From Vitreimonas sp. (lineage in GTDB: Bacteria; Patescibacteriota; Microgenomatia; UBA1400; PJMF01), in the NCBI GenBank assembly GCA_035627515.1, contig DASPLQ010000012.1, forward strand, positions 71,269 to 135,268: a stretch of DNA of 64,000 nucleotides, given 5' to 3'. The notes below the pieces were generated by a model that did no database searches, was not told where the DNA came from, and worked only from the letters and a program-made list of their open reading frames with translations. Of this stretch, positions 10,816 to 19,493 are shown piece by piece (position 1 is the stretch's first letter; each line of letters starts with the position of its first letter). A program made the position numbers and the translations under genes.

Positions 10816-11073
10816 TTAATAAATGTCTTGAAATGTCGCAATTCGCAAGCAGTAAATATTTTGTGGCTGATAGGTGCAAAGAAGACGATAGCGAAGGTCA
10901 ATGTTAACGACTAAGGTTTGTTGGTAAGGAAAGCGAGAGACTCGGTGGGCAGGAAAGTGGGGTGCATATAATAACCACCCGAATGCTGGGATAATTTTCG
11001 CCTGTAAGGAAGGGCTCCTTTCTAACAGCTCTTTTAAGTCCTTTTGAAATTGCGTACTAAGAATTAATTTCAT
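10816..11073 (-). CDS. RelE/ParE/YafQ-superfamily toxin-like protein
   Basis: 85 aa, MKLILSTQFQKDLK...YRLL...QDIY pattern; overlaps the upstream antitoxin. Confidence 0.65.
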   Translation of the reverse strand: MKLILSTQFQKDLKELLERSPSLQAKIIPAFGWLLYAPHFPAHRVSRFPYQQTLVVNIDLRYRLLCTYQPQNIYCLRIATFQDIY

Positions 11074-11296
11074 CGAGATACTCAGTGGTCTGTCTAAGGC
11101 TGTTGAGAGTTTTGATAGTGTGAGTTAGCTCTTCTTGTTTGGCCTGGTTTAGCCATGTTTCATGTTTTCGGTTAGTTAAAAATTGCCGTAAGGCGGTTCT
11201 AATAACATCACTAAAAGACACAAACTCGCCCTCCGAGACTAAACTCTCGGCTTCCTGTTTTAATTTGTTGGGAAGAGATACATTCACTGTGCTCAT
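11057..11296 (-). CDS. Ribbon-helix-helix antitoxin (ParD/CopG-like)
   Basis: MSTVNVSLP...LVSEGEFVSFSDVIRTALR RHH signature. Confidence 0.8.
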   Translation of the reverse strand: MSTVNVSLPNKLKQEAESLVSEGEFVSFSDVIRTALRQFLTNRKHETWLNQAKQEELTHTIKTLNSLRQTTEYLDEINS

Positions 11297-11306
11297 ATTT
11301 TTTTGA

Positions 11307-11335
11307 TTGTATGAATATTAGCAAAAATCATACAA
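11307..11335. promoter_or_regulatory. Palindrome overlapping the toxin-antitoxin promoter (motif A)
   Basis: TTGTATGA-N13-TCATACAA; on the minus strand reads TTGTAT-18-TACAAT, then 9 nt to the ATG. Confidence 0.7.
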
Positions 11336-11473
11336 TGCACAAGAATGAGGATTTTTGAGTAGGTTGCTTCGTGCTTTCCTCGATAAGTTAGAGATCAAAA
11401 ACGTAATTTACAACAAGCTAACATTAAACTGAGGGCTGTTGAATTATCTAAGCACGCAACGAACAATTAATTC

Positions 11474-11502
11474 TTGCGCACCACATACGCATCTGCTATA
11501 TT
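11474..11502 (+). promoter_or_regulatory. Sigma70 promoter
   Basis: TTGCGC-17-TATATT with extended -10 TG. Confidence 0.65.
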
Positions 11503-11512
11503 TCCCGTCAGT

Positions 11513-11584
11513 ATGGTTACTACCCTTACCTATCGCCATTTTACTTTTGATTGGACCGACGCGGTGGGGATTGGTGTTGCCTAA
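11513..11584 (+). CDS. Putative leader peptide MVTTLTYRHFTFDWTDAVGIGVA
   Basis: Short ORF 10 nt after the -10 box, overlapping an antiterminator strand. Confidence 0.55.
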   Translation: MVTTLTYRHFTFDWTDAVGIGVA

Positions 11585-11600
11585 TATTAATTTATAAATG

Positions 11601-11639
11601 CACAATCAACCCCACCACCCGGTGGGGTTTTTGGTTGTG
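11601..11639 (+). terminator. Attenuator terminator hairpin
   Basis: AACCCCACC-accc-GGTGGGGTT plus T run; 5' arm can alternatively pair with GGTGGGGATTG (11563-11573). Confidence 0.7.
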
Positions 11640-11652
11640 GAGAAAGGGACAT

Positions 11653-11883
11653 ATGTCCATCTGTAGACAAGAAGGTAATGGAGCACCACCACTGGCTGCT
11701 ATTAGTTACTTAAATAGAAATAAAGAACGAGTTTTTTCACAAAAACCAATTAATGAACAAAAGGCCCAACCCAAGCAAGTCAGTAGTGAAGACTGGGCCT
11801 TAATAGTAGGTATGGCCCAAGTGGTAAGAGAAAACAGAGGTGATCAAAGAAAAATGTCAGGAGTTGTGTATAGTCGAGATTAA
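11653..11883 (+). CDS. Small hypothetical protein (76 aa) downstream of the attenuator
   Basis: AGAAAGGGA purine-rich RBS before ATG 11653. Confidence 0.45.
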   Translation: MSICRQEGNGAPPLAAISYLNRNKERVFSQKPINEQKAQPKQVSSEDWALIVGMAQVVRENRGDQRKMSGVVYSRD

Positions 11884-11908
11884 AAAAAAGCTTATAATCA
11901 AAAAAGTT

Positions 11909-13111
11909 ATGCAATCCTCAGATTCATCTTCTTTACCACCGGTCCTCACCCGCGGAGTGAGTGAAGTGTTACCATCAGCTAAAACACTGGCAGACTTGAT
12001 GTCACAACGAAAAATTCGCGTCTACATCGGCATTGATCCCACGGGCGCATTTTTGACCTTGGGCCACTCAGTGGGTTTGCGTAAACTGCAACAATTTGCC
12101 GATTTGGGACATGATGTAATTTTGTTGATCGGCAACGGGACCGTCAAGATAGGTGACCCGACTGGCCGTGACACCACTCGACCAGTGTTAAGTGAGGAAC
12201 AAATTGAGGAAAACTTCAAACATTGGCAAGCACAAGCCAGCAAAGTTTTGGATTTTTCCAAAATTCGGGTTTTGCGCAATGGAGATTGGCTCGACAAATT
12301 AACGTACAGCGATATGGTTAAACTGATGGCTCAGACCACTGTGCAGCAATTAATCGAGCGCGACATGTTCCAAGAGCGTGTTAAAAAAGGCCTGCCTATT
12401 TTTGGACATGAAATTATGTATCCATTGTTACAAGGTTATGACAGTGTAGCCATGGATGTGGATTTGGAAATTGGGGGCACTGACCAAACCTTCAATATGA
12501 TGATGGGTCGCCATTTACAAAAAGTCTATAACAATCGTGAGAAATGGGTACTCAGCACACCCATCATTAATGGCACTGATGGTCGGAAAATGAGTAAATC
12601 CTATGGCAACTATGTGGCTCTCACTGACGAACCCAATGACATGTTTGGCAAACTAATGCGCATCACTGATGACATGATCATTGAGTACTTTACGCTCTTA
12701 ACTGATGTGTCCAGTGATGAGATTGCGGAGATGGACAAAGCCATAGCTGCCGGCGAAAATCCCATGACCTTCAAAAAGCGCTTAGCCTTCACCATTACCG
12801 AAATGTATCATGATACCGCCGCCGCTACCGCTGCCCAAGACTTTTTTGCTAAAGCTGTGCAGGAAAAGGAAGTGCCTGAAGATATTCCTACTGTCAACGT
12901 AAATGAGTCATCACTAACCATCTTAAGTTTAGTGAAAGCTTGTTTAGAAACTGAGAGTAATAGCAACCTCCGCCGGCTCATCGAACAAGGTGGCGTAGAA
13001 CTCTTACCGGCTGGCGAAAAACCTACCGATCCTAATCAAATCATCGACCTGCAAAGTGTAGAGGTCATCCGAGCTGGTAAACGAAAATATTTTAAAATTA
13101 ATCTCACTTAA
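11909..13111 (+). CDS. tyrS: Tyrosyl-tRNA synthetase
   Basis: YIGIDPT..LTLGH (HIGH-like), YPLLQGYD, GGTDQ and KMSKS. Confidence 0.97.
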   Translation: MQSSDSSSLPPVLTRGVSEVLPSAKTLADLMSQRKIRVYIGIDPTGAFLTLGHSVGLRKLQQFADLGHDVILLIGNGTVKIGDPTGRDTTRPVLSEEQIEENFKHWQAQASKVLDFSKIRVLRNGDWLDKLTYSDMVKLMAQTTVQQLIERDMFQERVKKGLPIFGHEIMYPLLQGYDSVAMDVDLEIGGTDQTFNMMMGRHLQKVYNNREKWVLSTPIINGTDGRKMSKSYGNYVALTDEPNDMFGKLMRITDDMIIEYFTLLTDVSSDEIAEMDKAIAAGENPMTFKKRLAFTITEMYHDTAAATAAQDFFAKAVQEKEVPEDIPTVNVNESSLTILSLVKACLETESNSNLRRLIEQGGVELLPAGEKPTDPNQIIDLQSVEVIRAGKRKYFKINLT

Positions 13112-13120
13112 CTTATTAAT

Positions 13121-13228
13121 ATGACAAAACGCACTCGCCAAATTATTATCAAAGTCTTCGCCATTACTACGATCATTTTCATGATTGCGGGCAGCGTCAT
13201 CAGCGCGTGGCTAGGAGTTAGTTACTAA
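13121..13228 (+). CDS. 35-aa single-TM peptide (DUF4044-like)
   Basis: MTKRTRQIIIKVFAITTIIFMIAGSVISAWLGVSY, 9 nt after the tyrS stop; absent from the ORF track. Confidence 0.55.
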   Translation: MTKRTRQIIIKVFAITTIIFMIAGSVISAWLGVSY

Positions 13229-14912
13229 CTCGCTTCAAAAGTCGAAAATCTGCTGTTTCTAACACTGGCACATAATGAAGATCGATATAGCTGAAGAGCT
13301 CTGCTAATCGTTGTTTATCTAGGTCAGCTTCAGGTTCTACATACCCAGGTTTTTGTACCACTATATACGTGGTTTGCTCAGTCTCTAAATGAATAATCAT
13401 CCGCGTCTGGTCCTGGGCACGAAATGTTTCATGGTAAAAAAGTGTGTCAAAGCTACTACTCGGCATCTCTAAGATAAAGTTGATCAATGGGCAGTAGGGA
13501 AGACAAACGAGTGTTTCGTCAATATCACTATACTGCATTAAATAGGTTCGCAACTGAATAAAGTTTTCTTCCTCGCGGGGAGAAATATGTAAGCCTGTTA
13601 AGCTTGGAACTGCACTTTTCACCGTCTCTGGCAAACGATACACCCCAAAAAATAACGTGTACTCACGAACCGGACCAATTAAAAATGGCAGTGTGTAGAG
13701 GACTACCAAAGCTGCACAATTAAGGTTAATATGCCACTCTGCCCACGGTGTTTTTTGAAACCAATCTACCACCAATGGCAATAATAAAGGTGCGGTCAAA
13801 ATAATAGCTGCAGATTCATACCCCGAAGCAATCGAACCAAAATAAGTCATCAGTAATAAGCTGGCCCATGCCCATACTACATAATTTTTACTTCGGCTCC
13901 AAAAGCCTGTCAGCGCTACTGATACACAGGCCGTCAAAAAAACAACAGAGTGGTAATAAAAAAGTGATTGTCCAAGATAATCAAACAAGCGACCAATGCG
14001 CCGGGGATTATTACCCAAATAAAGAGTAATTACAGCCACAGCTATCAGTAGCAACCAAGCTCGGTACTGATTTTTTAGTCTCATGAATACTGCAGTTGCG
14101 GCAATAATCAGCACACTAAAAATCATGCGGTTGCGCAAAAAAGCTACGGCGTGAGCTTTGACGCTAACTGAAAACAAAAAGCAGTAATAGAGTAACTCAT
14201 CGAGTGCTCCTTGAGTGGCAAAGTAAACTCCTACCAGCACTAAAATAAAAATCACACCTCCCATCACCCAGATAGCATCAACTAAACTCTTTTTAAACTC
14301 TGCTAGTTGCCAACGATCATTGAAGGTTGGCTTACTTACTATCAGTGCCACTACTGCAGGCACTATCAACAAACCATAGGTTTGTTTACTGAGCATAACC
14401 AACGCTAAGGTTACACCCAACATAAATAACTGTAATCGACGGGCGCGTGGAGAAGTTGACTGATTCATCAATCTTAATAGCTGCAAAAGCGCGGCCATAA
14501 TAAACACCAATGCATACGTGTTGTAAAACGCAAATCCTCCCGGCCAAACCCACATTAAGGCAGTCCCAGACAAGACTAGTAACTGATTAAGCCGTGATAG
14601 TTTGAGATAAGGCGTTGAAATATAAACAAGCGTCAGCAGTAATAAAGTCATTACTACATAACTTACTCTCCCCACCAGAAAAACTTCACCAAATACTTTC
14701 ATCAACCCCGCTTGAAAGTAGTAACTGGCGGGGGCAATCGGGGTCATGAAATCACGGTAAGGAAGCTTGCCATCTAAAATCAGATGCGCATTATTAATCG
14801 CAAAACCTTCGTCGCGATAACTGAGAGCCTTATTAAACACGGGTAGCTGGAAAACTAAAAATAAAATGAGACTAAAAATCAAGGGTTGTGAAAGGAGAGT
14901 TCGGAAAGGCAT
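13218..14912 (-). CDS. GT-C fold (ArnT/PMT-like) membrane glycosyltransferase
   Basis: RDEG...GKLPYRDF..P loop, KQTYG, many TM helices, extracellular C-terminal domain. Confidence 0.75.
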   Translation of the reverse strand: MPFRTLLSQPLIFSLILFLVFQLPVFNKALSYRDEGFAINNAHLILDGKLPYRDFMTPIAPASYYFQAGLMKVFGEVFLVGRVSYVVMTLLLLTLVYISTPYLKLSRLNQLLVLSGTALMWVWPGGFAFYNTYALVFIMAALLQLLRLMNQSTSPRARRLQLFMLGVTLALVMLSKQTYGLLIVPAVVALIVSKPTFNDRWQLAEFKKSLVDAIWVMGGVIFILVLVGVYFATQGALDELLYYCFLFSVSVKAHAVAFLRNRMIFSVLIIAATAVFMRLKNQYRAWLLLIAVAVITLYLGNNPRRIGRLFDYLGQSLFYYHSVVFLTACVSVALTGFWSRSKNYVVWAWASLLLMTYFGSIASGYESAAIILTAPLLLPLVVDWFQKTPWAEWHINLNCAALVVLYTLPFLIGPVREYTLFFGVYRLPETVKSAVPSLTGLHISPREEENFIQLRTYLMQYSDIDETLVCLPYCPLINFILEMPSSSFDTLFYHETFRAQDQTRMIIHLETEQTTYIVVQKPGYVEPEADLDKQRLAELFSYIDLHYVPVLETADFRLLKRVSN

Positions 14913-14976
14913 CGGTGGCGAGTATACGTCATTCTACGGTTGAGTAAAGGATCGTCAAGTATTATCGCTATGACGT

Positions 14977-15042
14977 GGGCTCGGCAGGCGCTAGGCAGAG
15001 TTGATACCTCATGTCTACCGGGTTCAACTCCCGGCGGGTCCA
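14977..15042 (+). ncRNA. D-armless tRNA-like RNA (Ala acceptor identity, GAU anticodon loop)
   Basis: Acceptor GGGCTCG/CGGGTCC+A with G3.U70; T-arm CCGGG-TTCAACT-CCCGG; 9-bp arm with 7-nt loop TTGATAC; an 8-nt linker replaces the D arm. Confidence 0.7.
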
Positions 15043-15053
15043 CGTCAGATAAA

Positions 15054-15082
15054 TTGATTTTGCGAAAATAAAATGATAAAAT
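15054..15082 (+). promoter_or_regulatory. Sigma70 promoter for sRNA
   Basis: TTGATT-17-TAAAAT with extended -10 TG. Confidence 0.7.
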
Positions 15083-15088
15083 TAATGT

Positions 15089-15146
15089 ATTGAGGTATCA
15101 ACTCTCTAGCACTGATTAACAGCCACCTTCACCAGGTGGCTTTTTT
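15089..15146 (+). ncRNA. Small RNA antisense to the anticodon arm of the upstream tRNA-like RNA
   Basis: 15091-15105 is the exact reverse complement of 14997-15011; bounded by a promoter and a terminator. Confidence 0.65.
15121..15146 (+). terminator. Intrinsic terminator
   Basis: AGCCACCT-TCACC-AGGTGGCT-TTTTT. Confidence 0.85.
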
Positions 15147-15195
15147 GTCCCTGAACTTGTCCCACCTCACCTTCCTAGTGTACAGTGACACCAGC

Positions 15196-17229
15196 ATGTA
15201 TACGTTCGAAACACCACTGACACAAGTGACAGGCATCGGTACCAAACTGGCTACCGAGCTAAGTAAAAAAAATATCTTCACCGTCAAAGATTTAGTGCTG
15301 TTTGTGCCTCTCCGATATGAGGATAAATCGCATTTAGTCGAAATCGATACCGCCCCTATCAACGAATTAATCACGCTCCAAGCCCAGGTAGTCACCACCA
15401 GTAACTACTATAAAGGCCCTCGTTCAATTCAATCAGCCACCATTTCAGACGGGACAGGAAAATTAAAAGTGATGTGGTTTAATAACCGCTTTATTTTAGA
15501 TAAGTTGAAGCGGGGAGAGAGCTACTTTTTCAGTGGCAAAATCAATACCTATAAAACCTTAGTCCAACCCGCTGTAGAAGATGTCAAAGCGGAGACGCTC
15601 CATACCAACCGCCTGGTGCCGTTGTATTCGAGTGTATTGAACTTTAAACAAGGCAGCATTCGCCGCATCTTGAAACACATTTTGGATGGCTTGAACATTG
15701 CCGATACCGAAGTAGAAGCTGCACTCCAGAACTTAGCTCTGACTCATTTTCCTCAGCTAGCTCCTACGCTCAAACAACTTCATTTTCCTGACTCCGAAAA
15801 TACAATCGCCCCTGCCCGGGAGCGGCTCGCGCTCGAAGAACTTTTGGGCTTGATGAAAAAATCGTTTGCGATTAAAGAAACCTGGAAACAAGATAAACAT
15901 GCGCCCGCAATCACTGTCAAACTAGGGGAGCGAGTGATTCCGGCTTCAGTTCCCTTTGAGTTAACCGCAGCCCAGTATCGAGTGGTGGGGGAAATCATGG
16001 CCGATATTGCCCAAACCACACCGATGAATCGATTGTTAGTAGGTGACGTGGGCTCGGGAAAAACGGTGGTGGCTGGTGTGGCAGGTTTGCACACCCTTCA
16101 AGCTGGCTATAACGTGGGCTTAGTGGCCCCGACGCGCATTTTGGCTGAACAACACGCAGAAACTCTGACGAAACTATTTCCCAATCTAAACATCGAGCTG
16201 GTGCTAGCTGCCAGAAAAATTTCTGCTAACTCTAAAAAAGTAGCCGCTCCCACAGCGACTACGCCTACGTTTTATGTGGGCACGCACGCTTTAATTAACC
16301 GCTTCCCTCAGCTTAAGCCCGGCTTAATCATTTATGACGAACAACATCGCTTTGGGGTTGCACAACGCTCGGCTGCTGATCAACTCCTCCAACCACATCC
16401 CCACATCTTGACCATGTCTGCCACGCCCATTCCGCGTAGTTTGATGTTAACAATCTTTTCTCACTTATCACTGAGTGTGATTGATGAAATGCCGCGTGGT
16501 CGCCAACCTATTAAAACGTGGGTGGTGCCAGAAAGTAAACGCACCAGTTCCTATCAATGGATGGCTACTGAAATACAGCAACAGCATTCACAGGTGTTAG
16601 TGGTCTGTCCGTTTATTGATCCGTCTCATTCACAGGCTTTGGAAAATGTGGCGGCGGTGACTGAACGCTTCGAAGCTATTAAAACGTTTTTCGCCCACCA
16701 AGATAAAGCGGTGCGGGTAGAGTTGCTGCATGGCCGGATGAGTAAGGCCACTCAAAGTGAGATTACGGAGCGGCTGTATCAGCGCCAAATTGATGTCCTT
16801 GTTACCACCCCGATTGTGGAGGTAGGAGTTGATTTGCCGGCAGCTAGCGTCATCGTCATCGAGGCCGCGGAGCGGTTCGGTTTAGCCAGCTTGCATCAAC
16901 TGCGCGGCCGGGTGGGGAGGGCTGGGCAGCAAGGTTATTGTTTACTGTTCAGTACTTCAAAGTCAGAGAGTGCCCAAGAACGCCTCCAAAAGTTCTGTAC
17001 TACTACCAATGGCGCCGAGTTGGCTGAACTCGATTTACATAATCGCGGAGCAGGAGATATTTTTGGGACTCAGCAACATGGCTTCGAACAACTGCAGTTT
17101 GCCAGCTGGACTAATGCGGAGTTAATTGCCCAAGCCCGACAGGTTTTTGAGTACGTCAATCAGCAGCCTACCTGGCAGCCATTATTACTTACCACCGAGA
17201 GTGATGACCAGGCACCACTGGCTAATTAG
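15196..17229 (+). CDS. recG: ATP-dependent DNA helicase RecG
   Basis: GDVGSGKT, DEQHRFGVAQR, SATPIPRSL, QLRGRVGR and TRG-like RGAGDIFGTQQHG. Confidence 0.95.
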   Translation: MYTFETPLTQVTGIGTKLATELSKKNIFTVKDLVLFVPLRYEDKSHLVEIDTAPINELITLQAQVVTTSNYYKGPRSIQSATISDGTGKLKVMWFNNRFILDKLKRGESYFFSGKINTYKTLVQPAVEDVKAETLHTNRLVPLYSSVLNFKQGSIRRILKHILDGLNIADTEVEAALQNLALTHFPQLAPTLKQLHFPDSENTIAPARERLALEELLGLMKKSFAIKETWKQDKHAPAITVKLGERVIPASVPFELTAAQYRVVGEIMADIAQTTPMNRLLVGDVGSGKTVVAGVAGLHTLQAGYNVGLVAPTRILAEQHAETLTKLFPNLNIELVLAARKISANSKKVAAPTATTPTFYVGTHALINRFPQLKPGLIIYDEQHRFGVAQRSAADQLLQPHPHILTMSATPIPRSLMLTIFSHLSLSVIDEMPRGRQPIKTWVVPESKRTSSYQWMATEIQQQHSQVLVVCPFIDPSHSQALENVAAVTERFEAIKTFFAHQDKAVRVELLHGRMSKATQSEITERLYQRQIDVLVTTPIVEVGVDLPAASVIVIEAAERFGLASLHQLRGRVGRAGQQGYCLLFSTSKSESAQERLQKFCTTTNGAELAELDLHNRGAGDIFGTQQHGFEQLQFASWTNAELIAQARQVFEYVNQQPTWQPLLLTTESDDQAPLAN

Positions 17230-17315
17230 CCTGGTAATTGTCTTTCCACTCAAGACACGGTACAATACCTGTCTGTCAAAAGACTGAACTCACGCTCAAA
17301 CATCAAAGGAGACTT

Positions 17316-17645
17316 ATGGGAGCCCTACCAAAGAATAAAATCACTCGCGCTGAACAAGGTGCCCGCCGCCATGGCAACACCCCCAAATTGCAAAAAGACA
17401 GTAACAGTTCAATCCCCATGCACAAGCAAGGCTTTGTCGCTCAATTCATGAAGTTTATCGGCGCTGCTCCTGCCACCGCTGACAAAACCAATGATAAAGC
17501 AGAGTCTCGAGAAGCCAAAAAAGCTGCCAAAGCCGCCGAGCTGAGCTCGGTTGCCGGCACCAAAGCTGCTCCACAAGCTCGTGGTAAAGCTACTAATGCT
17601 TCAGCTCCTATCAAAGGCGTGCGCAAAGCTCAACACAAAGGGTAA
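17316..17645 (+). CDS. rpmF: Ribosomal protein L32 (Cys-less) with Ala/Lys-rich extension
   Basis: MGALPKNKITR...RR N-terminus; AGGAG RBS; upstream of nusB-rnc-rpsP. Confidence 0.6.
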   Translation: MGALPKNKITRAEQGARRHGNTPKLQKDSNSSIPMHKQGFVAQFMKFIGAAPATADKTNDKAESREAKKAAKAAELSSVAGTKAAPQARGKATNASAPIKGVRKAQHKG

Positions 17646-17669
17646 ACTTTTTACCACTATAATCGTGTC

Positions 17670-18146
17670 ATGACTTCACCTGACCTGGGTTTATATTTTC
17701 GCACCGCCAACCAGGATGATTTAGATATCATCGTGACGCTTAACTCTCAGTTCAATTTGGCGATGCCAAATTTTTACTGGGATCAGCCTGAGTGGGTATC
17801 TACCCAGATTGAACACGCTCGCTACTTTGTACTCATTAACCCTGATAACCTTGTCATTGGCGCCATCTGTTTAACACCCCTCACCGACACCAATCAATTA
17901 AACTTGGAAACGTTAGCCATCAACCCTCAGCATCATGGCCAAGGCTTGGGTAAAAAGATGATTGAGTTCGCTAAGCAAAAAGCTCTGGAAGGTAGGTGTG
18001 AATCATTGATTGTCGAAACCTTCCAATGTTATAAACTCGAAGCCTTTTATCTTAAGTGTGGTTTTAGCAAAGACGAGCCGTATATTTTATTTGAAAATGG
18101 CGAACCGTATTACCGGTTTAAGATGAAGTTGGAAGCTAAGTTATAA
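17670..18146 (+). CDS. GNAT N-acetyltransferase
   Basis: LAINPQHHGQGLGKKMI and FYLKCGF. Confidence 0.85.
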   Translation: MTSPDLGLYFRTANQDDLDIIVTLNSQFNLAMPNFYWDQPEWVSTQIEHARYFVLINPDNLVIGAICLTPLTDTNQLNLETLAINPQHHGQGLGKKMIEFAKQKALEGRCESLIVETFQCYKLEAFYLKCGFSKDEPYILFENGEPYYRFKMKLEAKL

Positions 18147-18149
18147 TTT

Positions 18150-18285
18150 TTAGATGACAGATTTATGCCATAATTGTGGCACGGAAAAAGTGGAGTCAAC
18201 AAATGAGAGACCTTTAACCAAAGCTCTCATCACAAAACTAGTTTGTGATACATTGCGCAAATATTAACAAAAATGCCACAAGGTT
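18150..18285 (-). repeat. Degenerate copy of the modular intergenic repeat
   Basis: TTGCGCAA-ATATTAACAAAAA-TGCCACAA (18253-18281) plus a B-like module near 18161-18195. Confidence 0.5.
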
Positions 18286-18288
18286 AAC

Positions 18289-18612
18289 TTAAACCTTCTT
18301 CTTCACCTTAGCTAGAATTGCTTGAGCCACCGCTCCACTAGCAGTCTTAAGATCAATTTGGGTGCTAAGTGTAGAAATATAAGCCTGACTTAAAATATAT
18401 CTCAGCTCTTCTTCTTCATGAGTGATGACGACCTCATCACTATTAAAAATTGCTTCGACTGCTTGTAACTCAGATACAGAAACCAACTCAGTCTGAATTC
18501 CAGCATATCCATAAACACTTTCTTTATTTAACGGTCTACGAATCACAGCTAAGATTGCCCTAACCTTGTCTGCAGCTGACAACTGATCAAAGGGTTTCAA
18601 ATTTTCTGACAT
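18289..18612 (-). CDS. Hypothetical protein
   Basis: AAGGAG RBS, TATAAT upstream, 107-aa ORF. Confidence 0.65.
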   Translation of the reverse strand: MSENLKPFDQLSAADKVRAILAVIRRPLNKESVYGYAGIQTELVSVSELQAVEAIFNSDEVVITHEEEELRYILSQAYISTLSTQIDLKTASGAVAQAILAKVKKKV

Positions 18613-18762
18613 TTTTCTCCTTAAATGAAAGTGCGGGCATTATAGCAAAGCAAACTTAGGTTCAACCCTTGACACTCATCTCCAAACCGACTTGAATACA
18701 GAGAGGGGAACGACCTCTAGATTTTACTCTTGCTTTATTAATAAAAATCGATACTATATCTT

Positions 18763-19167
18763 ATGACAGATACATCGCAGTTGAGTAACCAAACGCCGCC
18801 CAACCAGGCAAATGATCAAGAAAATCTTGATCCTCGTCATCAAAAGCGCATAGCCATGATGCAAGCCTTGTTTGCGTTTAGTTTCCACCAATCGCCATCA
18901 GACGACAGCTTTACGGACATTGCTGAGATCATAGAAGTGCTGCCTGAGCTGGATCAAGAGATCCAATCGACAGCCCCTGAGCGACCGCTAAGTGAAATTA
19001 ACAAAGTTGACCTTGCAATCCTACGCTTAATTGTGTTTGAATCTAAGCGGAAGAAGACACCTAAAAAAGTGTTAATTAATGAAGCGGTAGAGTTAGCTAA
19101 GGAATTTGGGACAGACAGTTCGCCCCGGTTTGTAAATGGTGTGTTAGCTCATCTTTTTGCGGTGTAA
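18763..19167 (+). CDS. nusB: Transcription antitermination factor NusB
   Basis: [21 protein letters not shown] and FVNGVL. Confidence 0.92.
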   Translation: MTDTSQLSNQTPPNQANDQENLDPRHQKRIAMMQALFAFSFHQSPSDDSFTDIAEIIEVLPELDQEIQSTAPERPLSEINKVDLAILRLIVFESKRKKTPKKVLINEAVELAKEFGTDSSPRFVNGVLAHLFAV

Positions 19168-19187
19168 CGAATGAAAAAAGGACCTTT

Positions 19188-19475
19188 ATGCCTCTAAGTA
19201 TCAAAAAAAACGCTCCGGCAGCTACAGATCAATCTCTGAGTACTTTTCAAGTGCTCCAAGGGATTGTCATGGAGGTGACCGGCAATGAAACTCATGATGT
19301 CACACCCGAGTTTTATCTGGAAGAAATGAGCTTAGTGGATTTTCCTCAAGTGATTAGTCGTATTAATCAGTACTATGATCACAAGATTAAATTGAGCGCC
19401 AAAGATGTCTTAGCTGAGTGTGAAACCTTAGAAGAATTAGTGTTTAAAGTCGAAGAAGAACTCGAGTGGGGCTAG
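19188..19475 (+). CDS. Divergent acyl-carrier-protein-like protein
   Basis: Small acidic helical protein in the usual acpP position before rnc; EEMSLVD in place of DSLD. Confidence 0.5.
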   Translation: MPLSIKKNAPAATDQSLSTFQVLQGIVMEVTGNETHDVTPEFYLEEMSLVDFPQVISRINQYYDHKIKLSAKDVLAECETLEELVFKVEEELEWG

Positions 19476-19493
19476 ACCTTACTCGCAAGCCAT

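Noticed and set aside
14977-15042. Ordinary tRNA, full tmRNA or YrlA-type Y RNA
   Set aside because: There is no D stem and it is only 66 nt. It has no tag ORF or pseudoknots, and the arm order is not permuted as in YrlA.
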